Assembly: GCA_013265495.1 (NCBI GenBank)
Contig: MU058451.1
Location: forward strand, 2,204,454 to 2,224,453
DNA from: Vicugna vicugna
Lineage: Eukaryota
DNA: 20,000 bases
Direction: 5' to 3'
Shown here: one piece after another, positions 10,844-20,000 of the stretch
How the letters are laid out: every line of letters starts with the position of its first letter
Position numbering within the stretch: position 1 is the first letter of the stretch
Translations under genes and position numbers: made by a program
The notes under the pieces: generated by a model
Told to the model about the DNA's origin: nothing
The model's input: only the letters and a program-made list of their open reading frames with translations
Database searches by the model: none

Positions 10844-10994
10844 CTTTTGGGCAAATTTAACAATTATTTATAATTGTCATAGTTACATTTTTTGGATTCA
10901 ATTATGTTAACCTTATTTGTGGTGAAATATACACATAGGGAAATGCATAAAGCATAAATGTAACTTATTTTGAAATAGAGCTTTTGAGTACTTC

Positions 10995-11175
10995 TACAGC
11001 ATTATTCAACTTGACCTTCTCAATAGCTCTGTGAGGAAGGAAGGGGCATCATCAGTATCATCACCTACATTTCCTAAGTGCAGAAATAAGACAGGTGACT
11101 TCCCCAAGTTCAAAGCCAGTGGTGGATCCAGAACTTGAACCCATGTCTTCTGCCCTCAGAGCCCAGGGTGCTCTG
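10995..11175 (-). mobile_element. MIR SINE
   Basis: ctcaatagctctgtgagg...gtgacttccccaagttc...gaacttgaacccatgtcttctg. Confidence 0.7.
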
Positions 11176-12084
11176 ACTTGCATTTAGAATTTATCTGACT
11201 TAGCATTTATCCCATGCTGGGTCTCTTAGAGACTACAGGAATCCCGTGAAATTTGGTAAAGACAGAAAGCAGTTGAGTGAAGTTCTGAAAAACTACTGGT
11301 AAGTAAAAAATGAATAGAAAGGAGCAGTAGTCGCTGTAGCTATTTAAACATACGACACGCCGGGAGCTATGGAGTAAATGCTGCATGAATTACCCCTTGA
11401 GATAAACAGTGCCTAGTGGGCAGAACGTGCAAAATCGCTCCCATAGATTTAGGATTTTACTATAAATGTAGTAAAGGGGGGAGAGAAGGACACAGCTTTG
11501 GCAACCCTTCCTCCTTGTCACTATTTTTGGTTCCCTGTCTGAAGAAAATTTTCAAGATTTCCTTGTAAGGACAAAAGAAAAAAATCATTCTGTGGCCTCA
11601 TGACCTGAGCAGAAGCAACCATGAGTGAATATTCCTCTCCGCCAGCAGCTGGGAAGCACTGGGAGCAGATGGTAAAAGCTTCCCACCTGCAAATGACATC
11701 AACTGACGAAGTCAGTTCAACACTCTCAGGAAGTGGTCTCTCGGAATCATCAGCCTCTCCGCTTCAGATATGGAGAGCCCCCCAGGATGGGAATAAAGTG
11801 TGCATCCTAGGAGGGAGGCAGCCTTTTCTTCCTTAAGTGGGCATTGGATCCGAGCCCTTGTGAGAGAGGCTTGGTTATGTGTATTTGGTTCTCATACATG
11901 CTCTCATTTATGGAATTTCTTCTGGTTGGTGGAAAGAAGAGAAGCAATAAAGTCTGGTTCCCATGTATCTGGAGATCAGTCACATTGCGTGAACAAGTTG
12001 CTGAGCGATAGGAATAAAGTCTTTCTTCTCCCACAAAGGAATACTGAACCAACCCAGCTCATTTATTTAACACACACTTAAATC

Positions 12085-12225
12085 ATGTTTATTGAGTGCC
12101 AGCTGGGGACTTGACAAATATTATTAACTCACTTAATTCTCCTAACAACCCTCTGAGGGAGGTATTGTTTTACTAGTGAGGAAACTGAGGCACAGGAAGT
12201 TTCATCAACTGGTCTGAGGTCAAAA
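12085..12225 (-). mobile_element. MIR SINE
   Basis: tttattgagtgc...ttaattctcctaacaaccctctgagg...tgaggaaactgaggcacag. Confidence 0.8.
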
Positions 12226-12381
12226 AACTTCTGGTTTTGTGTCTCTGAAATATTAGAGCCTAAGATTCAGGAAATAGATTGTGTTTTCCTCCAAGGGTGA
12301 CATTTTTGTTATATTTCTCCCACTTATCTGGATCACTGCTTTCCGAAGTGAGTGGAAGGTAGGAATAGGTACCACCCAATG

Positions 12382-12878
12382 TGTGGCAGAGATGACCAGC
12401 TGCCCGTCAAACTTGCATCTTCTTCTCTTTCAAATGAATGAGTCCTGATTCTTAGCTGGGCACTGGTACCCAGTTATAGGGGGACATTGCCCCTTTTCCC
12501 TAACAATTTGGTGTGGCCACCTGACTAAGCTCTGGCCAAGAAGATGTAAGCGAGAGTGTTCTGTGGGGTTTCCAGAAAGTTCTGTAATACAAGTTGCATC
12601 CACTCCCTCTCCATCTTCCATCTTGTTGCTTGGGAAGTGACTGAGATGCTGAAATTGCAGCAGGCATCTTGGACGTGAAGAAGCAGGCGCATCCAAGGGA
12701 AGGAGGAGGGTAAGACGAGACAGGGGTTTGTATCTCTGGTAACAGTGTCGTCATCAGATCAACCCTGGGCTACCTGGCTCCAGACTTCTTATGTATGAGA
12801 AATAATTAGACTACTATCTCATGTAACTTTTTTGGGGGGGTCATCTGTTATTCACAGTACCCTAATTTTAACTGAAAA
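12382..12878 (+). mobile_element. ERVL-MaLR solo LTR (MLT1J/I-like)
   Basis: tgtggcaga start; tgtggccacctgactaagctctggccaa; gcagcaggcatcttgga; ccctgggctacctggctccagacttctt; ends tctgttattcacag...taactga. Confidence 0.75.
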
Positions 12879-13699
12879 ATGCTATGACTCATCAATTTCC
12901 CTGATAGCTTTGAATCTCTTCCCTAAAGTAGGATGCTAAGAGGTAATTTGATCTGACATGATTGTTTGGCAATTAACGGATTATCTTGTGATAAACCCCT
13001 ATAACTCCAGATTCACGGACTCATGACCTCACATTCGTTCGGCACTTTACAGTTTCTTGTAGAAACTGACATGAGTTGGGCATCTCCTGCATGCCGCACC
13101 AGTGGGGAGAAAAGCCGAATAGACTCTGACTCAGCTGGAGGAACAGAAGCACAAACAAATCATCATCATTCAACATTCCATGCGCCAGAGAAGAGCTTGG
13201 GGAGAGCATTAGAGCAGAGGCTACTGCCTCGTCCTTGGAAAGTTGAAGCAGACTTCACCGGGGAAGCAGTGCCCCACCACCCAGCCCGAGGAAGGAGGAG
13301 GAAAGACGGGCCATGCACTCAGTCAACGGCCCTTCACCACCTCTTGTGGGGAGGGCCGGGCGGTGGCTACAGCCCCGCTTTACCCGTCAGAGCCTTGCCG
13401 AGGGGCTCCTGGCCGTGAAGAGAAACACAGAGGGCCCAGAACCTGAGCACTGGCTCCTAATCCCATTCTCTGTCCACCCTGCCTCACGGTCCCCCTAAGT
13501 AACATTGATGACCGTGAGTTCAGCCCCAGAGGAGGTCAGGTGTTTCTTATTTTCTCAGCTAAAATAAGTCCAGCAACCCAATTCATTTAATTTATTGCAT
13601 TTCCCCTTCCACTTTTCATAATCCTCTTATTTATGAGGCCAGAGTTCTTAGTAATTCCCTTCCCGGAGTCCTCCCCAAGGAAACATTCAGAGAGGCAGG

Positions 13700-13795
13700 C
13701 ATAGGTTTATGCACAAAAACTCTCCTTGCAGAGCTAGTTATAATAACAGAAAAGAGGAAACAACCTAAATTTTCAACACAAGCAGACTAGTGGGC
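13700..13795 (+). mobile_element. Ancient L1 (L1ME-like) fragment
   Basis: ttataataacagaaaagaggaaacaacctaaatttt resembles L1 aaaactggaaacaacctaaatgt. Confidence 0.5.
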
Positions 13796-14085
13796 AGCCC
13801 CTAAACATCTTTCCATACATTTTATAATGGCACTTTAAAAGTACTAACACTTAAGGCTACTAAACCAGGTTGAAGACGGCTGATCCCCATTTTGTTAGGT
13901 ATACGTGCCCACACACGCATAGAAAAGAGAAGGGCTCTCAGCAAGGCGTTCACAGCGGCCATCTTGGCACTCTTTGTGTTTTCTACATTTTTCTACAATG
14001 TGCATTTTATCATCAGAAAAAATCTCAGTAAATATTGTTTAATAAAATGCAAAAGTCATCACGGGGGCAATAAGACAGAGATTCC

Positions 14086-14537
14086 TGTATTAGAGTTCTC
14101 CAGAGACACAGAAACAGAAACAATAGAATGAAATATGTATATACATATACTGTTTGTATATAAACAATAGAAAAAGAAATAGAGAGAGAGAGATTGATTT
14201 TAAGGAATCGGCTCATGTGATTACGAAGGCTGGCAAGTCCAAACTTTGCAGGAGACCCAGGGAAGAGCTGATGCTACAGCTCAAGTCCAGAGGCCATCAG
14301 CAGGCAGAATTCCATCTTGATCAGAAGTCAGTCTTTTTCTATTAAGGCCACCAGCTGACTGGATGAGGCCCACCCACATTATCGAGGATAATCTGCTTTA
14401 CTCAGAGTCTACGGATTTAATTTAAATTTCATCTAAAAAACCCCCAAAAACCTTCACAAGCACGTTGACAATACTGTTTGACCAAATTCTTGGATGCAGT
14501 AATCTAGCCAAGTTGACACTTAAAAGTAACTATCACA
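14086..14537 (-). mobile_element. MLT2 (ERVL) solo LTR, MLT2D/B-like
   Basis: tgtattagagttctccagaga...taaggaatcggctcatgtgatt...ggctggcaagtcc...gactggatgaggcccacccacatt...ccaagttgacac...aactatcaca; TSD attcc (14081-14085) / atttc (14538-14542); internal TA/GA microsatellite. Confidence 0.92.
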
Positions 14538-14609
14538 ATTTCCAGCCACTTACGATTTCTCACCAGTTGCCCCGACTGTTTAAAGATGGGCGCTATCCGC
14601 TCTCCGTCT

Positions 14610-14690
14610 TCCTGTCACTCAGTACAGGCCTGGCTCATGGCAGATGTTAAGCAGGTGTTGGAATGAGTGTGTGGGGCGAGTGAAGGAGTG
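14610..14690 (+). mobile_element. L2 3' terminal fragment
   Basis: cagtacaggcctggctcatggcagatgttaagcaggtgttggaatgagtg. Confidence 0.5.
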
Positions 14691-15914
14691 AGGAAGTGAG
14701 CTGCTGAGAAGATAGGCAACGATATTGCAAAATCATCAGCTCAGAATGTCACAAATCTACAGCAGGGTTCTTTAAACTGAGACCTGGCCAGCCACCTCAG
14801 AGGAAGCCACATCACACTATAAGGGCAGGCCCCAGCCTCCACAATGACCCTAAACCCTACCCCACCCACCTATGTAGACCCACCAAAAATTCACCCTGAG
14901 TCCAGAGACCACTGCGGACATGCAGTCTCCCTAGTGGTGCCTCCCTGCCAAAAGCAATGGTCAGTGGGAGGCAGGTGTTTTTTTGGACCAGAAATGTGGA
15001 CCTTCTTGGGGCTGCCCAAGTATAGGGTCCCCTCTGGGTGGCCTCCATGGCCTCAGTCCAGGCAGGGGGCAGTGGGAGCAGCTCTTCCCTGTGAGCTACA
15101 GCCGGACAGCAGCCCCCTGCTGCTTCAGCCCATGATGAGAGCATGTAGCTTCTCCAGCCACTAGAAAGTTCTCTCCCATCTTCCAACATGGGCTTTTGTC
15201 CCCTTCAGACATGACTTGCATTACTGATCAGGTCAACTCTTGCTTTGGGCTAGCATCTTTCCTGAAGCCACTGAGCCCCAGATCCTGTGACCCTCTGCTG
15301 TTCCACCTCCATCTGGAGCCTCAGAGGGGCCGGACTCTGGGTGTCCAGTCAGTTCAGAGCAGCCTGGGTTCCTAAAGACATTTCCATAGCTATAGTTACC
15401 AGAGCACAAAAGCCAGGAAATTTGGGAGGATGACAGAGTGATTTGAAAGGAGCAAGGTTGGTTTCCCTATATTACAAATGGATAAAAATCTTCTATTCAA
15501 TGAAGTGCTCTTGTTCTAGTTGTACAAAAGGTATTTTTTATTTTAAAAAATCTACTATGAGGAACAAGTTCTAAGATCTCACTTATTTCATAGGAAAATT
15601 CAGACACTGAGTCCTTGCTAGGGGAAGGAGACCACGCTCTCACTGAGGAACGGGGTCGGAGACTGCGGCTGGTAAACCGCCGTCAGCGGCACGTCTGAGG
15701 TGGGGGTGAAAGGGCTGGGCGCCTCCCCGTGAAGGAAGGGACCCATTAGGTGGGCTGGTTCCTTTCTAAGCACAAAAGGGCTGGCATGCCATCTGGATGG
15801 GAAGGTGTTAGCTCTGTGTACAGAGAGTGAGCACACCTGGTAGGCAGGTATCCCAGAAAATCAACAGTTCGAAAACTATGGCTCATAGAATCTGTCTGAT
15901 GTGGTAACAGCACA

Positions 15915-16105
15915 CACTGATGGGGCACTTCCCAACAGTCAGGCACTGTTCCAAGTGCTTTGCATAGATAACCTCACTTAATCCTCGCAATATCCCTCTG
16001 ACGTGGCTATTAAAGTTCTCCCAACTTTATAACTAAGGAATCTGATGCATGACTTGATTTGCCCCGAGCGCTCCACCAGTTAAGTGATGGAGTTGGGAGT
16101 TCTTC
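15915..16105 (-). mobile_element. MIR SINE
   Basis: gtcaggcactgttccaagtgctttgcat...ctcacttaatcctcgcaa...gatttgcccc...taagtgatggagttggga. Confidence 0.8.
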
Positions 16106-17244
16106 CAGCAGGGTGATCCCACAACGGTCACTCTTAAAGTGTATCTACATAAACACACGCGCTCACGTACATACATGTACACAGATTTCTTGGGATGCTG
16201 AGTCAGATGCCTTTTCTGTTTCCCTCTTACATAAAAATAGCACACACACTCACTTTCTTATCTTCCCAACCCTAGCTTGAAGCAATTTTCTGACCCCGAT
16301 CCCTGTTCCACCCCACTCCAATATTCCAGTTGCAAATCCAAACAGCTACATTCTAGTCTTGAGTTTTCCTTCTTTATGTTCTCTGCTGTGACAGCTCCAG
16401 GCCAAGAAGTCACCACACACTAGGATGAATGTCACTCTAAGCTCATTAGCTGGCTGCCCTTGGACACCTGGGCTTCTTCGGTGTTGGCAGTAGTGGAGCA
16501 GCGTGGAGGAGAAGCAAATGAGCCCTGGACCCAGGAAACACCAATGCTACCTCCAAGGGGTCTCTCTCTAAATTGAAGAAATTGGTCTCAACCATCTCTA
16601 AAACACTAACAAATTATGTCTCAATGGTCTCCTCCCAGCAGAGCAAGACTGGTAATTCTTCCTTTTGTAGCCACCAGGCTTTCCCAGGGAGCTCAGTGGT
16701 CTATCTCTGGGCAAGAATGAGATACAAAGAGATTAATGTAAGGAAACTCACCATCCATACACACAAGTATTCATGGTGTCTTTTGGAGCATAGAAAAGCA
16801 AGACTCAGACACTGACAGCGAAGGCAGCTTTGCCAGGTCTTAGAAGGGAGCGTTCTGATTTACAGGTTCAAGTTCATTCCTCAATCCAGAACAACCTGTT
16901 CTTCCTCTTCTTTCAGGATATTTGCAGAGGAGAATTCTAGGACTATTCACAGTCATTCAGCCAACATAAAATTGGCATGAGACTAAATGACTCACCTTTT
17001 GAAATCAGAAAGAGTTTCCAGGGACCTAGCTTTGAGAAAGGTAAATATATGCTGTTTGCCCATCCTGTGCGTTAAACAGCATTAAGAAAGCATCAAAGAA
17101 CACAAATAGCTTCTGGGAGGCAGGCAGGTGTCCAGAGGCACTGGGAAAACTGAGTTGGAGCCAAGGGGCCATGTGTCTCGTTAGGGAAATCCGCCACAGA
17201 GCTAGAAGACAGCCGGTATCAGTCTGATGCACCACCCTGGCCTT

Positions 17245-17270
17245 GGGAATTTCCTGATCCTTCCTCGGAA
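17245..17270. promoter_or_regulatory. Adjacent NF-kB (GGGAATTTCC) and STAT6-type (TTC-N4-GAA) motifs
   Basis: GGGAATTTCC at 17245-17254 and TTCCTCGGAA at 17261-17270. Motif match only; function is not shown. Confidence 0.35.
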
Positions 17271-17789
17271 TGGCAGGGTCAATGCAGTGAATCTAATCTT
17301 CTTACAGACATTGCTGGGACCACCCAAACCAAGAGAGAAAATGAACATGGTTAGTGGCTTGGCAGCCAACAAGGTGGGTGGAGGCGCTGATGTGCTGTCT
17401 CTCCTGACTAGCTGGCTTCTTGCTTTACGAAGCCCTCCTTCTCCAAGTAGAACCCCTCCGACTGTATTTCCCAGCTTCACTCATACCTGAAGCCCAGGCA
17501 TATAACCAGGGCCAGCCACGGAATTTGGGGGGCCCAGTGAAAATGGAAAAACCTGAGGTCCCTTATGTAAAAAGTAGGAGGGAAAGGCACAGTTAAAGGC
17601 ACTAAAATATAATCCACTTTTCTTTAAGAATGTTTTATTACTCATAAAATGTATGATGGGGTAACAGTGATACATTAATAACAACATAAATTTACAAATT
17701 GCAAAAAAAAAATTTGTGCCATAATTTTAAATACTATCACAAGAAAATACTTTATTAATGTGATATCTTGACTGATCTTTAGATTTTTC

Positions 17790-18001
17790 TAAATTGTTTT
17801 TCTAAAGATTCACTTATTAGATCCTCAAAATGCATGCTTTTGGCAACATGATTTCAATCAGTGTAATCAAAATAAAGTTAGTTGCTCTTAGCAAATGTAA
17901 GATCACAAATAACTTTTCATAATTTTTAATTCTGAGGACTTTTCTGATGCCACTTTTATTGGAATTGTTAAGAGTATTTTATAGTCTCTGACAACATTGG
18001 G
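17790..18001 (-). pseudogene. Decayed hAT transposase C-terminal dimerization domain
   Basis: Manual translation from 18001 on the minus strand: PNVVRDYKILLTIPIKVASEKSSELKIMKSYL*SYIC*EQLT, then after frameshifts HVAKSMHFEDLISE. This matches the hAT motif PN...ILLT.P...AS.ERSFS.LK.IK.YLRS...QERL. It carries stops and frameshifts. Confidence 0.85.
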
Positions 18002-18132
18002 ATTAATTGTTGACAAATTATTTTGAATAAAAATTTTAGTACATCTAGAGTTGACAATTCTTGCAAAACAAATTTTCTAAAAAGCTTTAACTCCTCATAC
18101 AAATCAGTTTTGTGTAAGTCTGAATTTAGTTT

Positions 18133-18239
18133 CGTTTTATTTATTTATTATATTTTTTTAGAGGAAGTAGTGGGGAATTGAACCCAGGGCCTCATGCATG
18201 CCAAGCATGCACTCTACCACTTGAGCTGCAGCCTCCCCC
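18133..18239 (-). mobile_element. tRNA-Ala-derived SINE (camelid vic-1 type)
   Basis: Reverse complement gggggaggctgcagctcaagtggtagagtgcatgcttggcatgcatgaggccctgggttcaattccccactacttcc plus an A-rich tail; Pol III A box (agctcaagtgg) and B box (ggttcaattcc); degenerate TSD tctgaatttagttt (18119-18132) / tctggacttggttt (18240-18253). Confidence 0.9.
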
Positions 18240-18633
18240 TCTGGACTTGGTTTTAAATGCAAACATACAATGACATTTTGATGTTTTCCTCTGATACTTC
18301 CTATAACTTGTTGAGGTCATACAGGAAACTGAAAGTGGTCTCATGATTTGTGCACAATTCAGACCATGCCTGTTTATACATTCTGTCACTATATCCTCAA
18401 ACACAAAGAAAAATTAATCGTAAAATTACCTTCCTTGTTAATAATTGGTTCATCTAAAGCTTCGTATGAAAAGAATGTTTTTTTCCCATCAAATACGGCA
18501 ATTAAAAATTTTTAACTTCTGTCTCTAACCCTGTGGCTATTTACTTTGCAATGTGGCAGCAGTTTTAAAAACTGGAGATTTTAAATTCTTTGAAGAATTC
18601 TAATAATTTCCTAATGTGCTTTACTGTGACGTC

Positions 18634-18649
18634 TGTGTGTGTGTGTGTG
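18634..18649. repeat. (TG)8 microsatellite
   Basis: Directly visible. Confidence 0.85.
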
Positions 18650-19561
18650 GCTTTTATTTTGTAATAACTTACCAAGCACCAGCAGTTCCCATCCTGGCTC
18701 TCAGGCGGGAGAATCTAAATGAGATTAGATTCACTGTGTTAATATTTGTATGAATGCTGCAGGAATGCAGACAACCCAGCTTCCTACCCCATGGGGAGCT
18801 TTTTCCCTCTCCCAGGGAGCAGCCACTGCCACCATAGTTGCTGCTTTTTTTGCCATGACTGCTGCAATCACCACCACCAGTCTTCACGGTGCCCGGCACT
18901 CTCCCAGGTGAGGACGTGGGCAGGGCACCCAGGCCAACTGCTCAGGGCACACACTTCCCTCACAGCTGAGCCCATGTGTGTACACGCTGCCGCCCAGTGC
19001 ATCTCCTCCACACGTGCACATGCTCCATTGCCCCATCAAACTTCTCATACAAAACCAAGTTCGAAAATAACATTAATAAGAATTTCAAGACAGCAGCCAC
19101 AGTAGACCATTAAACCAAGCAAGGGCCCCTTCTGAGAGAGGAGCCCTGTGCACCTACCTGCACAGGTCACTCGCCGTAAAGCCACCCTGCATGTAAGCAG
19201 GGTTCCAGTGACCAGACACACCCCTGGGAGAGTTTGATTCAGGAGTGAGCTGAGCAGAGAGACAGGTGGGGCAGGGAGGCTTCTGTTTTGCCATCACGGT
19301 TGCCAATGGAGGCAGTTTGTTTCTGGGGTAGACGGTATTTCCACACCACTGCAAACAGAATGGTGGATGGAGGCAGCAATGCCTCCATTAAGTCAATGAG
19401 AAAGAATCATTGTGAGAGGTATTCCTGGAAATGTTCCCCAGAGCCCATTTCTCAAGATCCTCTGGGGTCCTATGAGCCACTTAGTGTCTCTTCAGTTGAT
19501 CTCTTGCTGCTTAAACTAGGTCGAGAGAATTCCTGTTTGCAACTAAGAACCCTGGTAATCT

Positions 19562-19692
19562 GGTAAGTATTTTCTCCGTTTTACAGACGAAGAGACTAGG
19601 GTTCAGAGAGAACTTGTCTATGGCCATAGAACTAGTGAATGGTACAGTAAGGATTCAGACCTGAATCCTGGGCTTGTAGCTACTACACTGCA
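19562..19692 (-). mobile_element. MIR SINE
   Basis: ccgttttacagacgaagagactagggttcagagag...ctagtgaatggtacagtaaggattcagacc. Confidence 0.75.
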
Positions 19693-19737
19693 CCAATTCT
19701 TCACGCAGCATCAGAGAGCTCACTAAATCATCCTTCG

Positions 19738-20000
19738 TACTGCATCACAATTTGGTACTGAATATCCATCACTTTTTTCCTCGGGCGACTGTCTCTTCTG
19801 CACTCAGTGGCACTGTCAGTCAAGTGCCTTGACTCTCCAGTCAGTGGGAGGAATGTGATGTCGCCTGGGCCAGCCAATCAGACCATCTTCCTTAAACACA
19901 ACCGTGGGCCCAGTGGTGGACTTTGGACTCAAGCAAGGTCATTCAGAGTCCACTCTGGAGGACAAATAAGCCTGCTGGGAAAGTGGGTCTCTTCTCTCCT
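19738..20000 (+). mobile_element. Old MaLR LTR fragment (MLT1K/L-like), running off the window end
   Basis: ctgggccagccaatcagaccat...gactcaagcaaggtcattcagagtc...ctgctgggaaag. Confidence 0.5.

Larger units (their letters stand above)
17507..19189 (-). mobile_element. hAT (Tip100 group) DNA transposon, MER45R-like, both ends present
   Basis: Terminal inverted repeats caggg (17507) / ccctg (19189); 8-bp TSD catataac (17499-17506) vs catgtaag (19190-19197), 6/8 identical; the right end reverse-complements to the MER45 5' sequence (gacctgtgcag...cttggtttaat...tcttgaaattctta); about 1.55 kb once the SINE is removed. Confidence 0.85.
17385..19560 (+). mobile_element. LTR33-like ERVL LTR in two pieces (about 17385-17498 and 19198-19560), split by the MER45R-like element
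   Basis: Left piece actgtatttcccagcttc joins right piece cagggttccagtgaccagacacacc...tttgattcagga; the 3' end gcttaaactagg...tgtttgcaactaagaaccctg is typical of LTR33/LTR16-like elements. Confidence 0.6.

Noticed and set aside
13023..13418. Longest ORF (131 aa, ATG start)
   Set aside because: No recognisable domain. The length is expected by chance in GC-rich DNA, with overlapping ORFs in other frames and no splice or poly(A) support.
14921..14940. CTCF-like site (minus strand CCACTAGGGAGAC)
   Set aside because: Two mismatches fall in the high-information GGC part of the core.
18160..18239. tRNA-Ala-like gene on the minus strand
   Set aside because: A-rich tail, flanking TSD, imperfect stems and an altered anticodon region indicate a tRNA-derived SINE, not a functional tRNA.
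18746..19105. 119-aa ORF with a Cys/His-rich stretch resembling a metal-binding protein
   Set aside because: It lies inside the MER45R-like element, antisense to the transposase remnant. The composition comes from low-complexity cca/ctg triplets and has no zinc-finger spacing.
256..19566. Remaining ORFs in the six-frame track
   Set aside because: All are short, many use non-ATG starts, many lie within L1/L2/LTR sequence, and none resembles a protein I recognise.
4216..19570. Isolated strong splice donors (near 4221, 10337, 11299, 19563)
   Set aside because: No paired acceptors with open frames; some lie in repeats, and such matches are expected by chance in 20 kb.

Overview
Non-coding, repeat-rich mammalian genomic DNA, very probably from a camelid (alpaca/llama/camel). 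The evidence is a tRNA-Ala-derived vic-1-type SINE at 18133-18239 and a young L1 3' end at 10484-10843 resembling camelid L1. I find no credible protein-coding gene, RNA gene or CRISPR array; the supplied ORFs look like chance ORFs. Roughly half of the window is transposon fossils: L1 3' ends, L2, MIR, ERV1/ERVL/MaLR solo LTRs, and a near-complete MER45R-like hAT element that keeps a decayed transposase dimerization domain. Several insertions are nested and retain target-site duplications (TSDs). The non-repetitive gaps hold transcription-factor motif clusters (NF-kB/STAT6/AP-1; GATA/NKX/T-box/MEIS/TEAD; MEF2/E-box), small CpG-rich patches and one possible non-coding exon. I see no evidence of a new biological system; the best leads are candidate enhancers and the nested-transposon chronology. 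Repeat subfamily names come from my recollection of consensus sequences, not from a database search.
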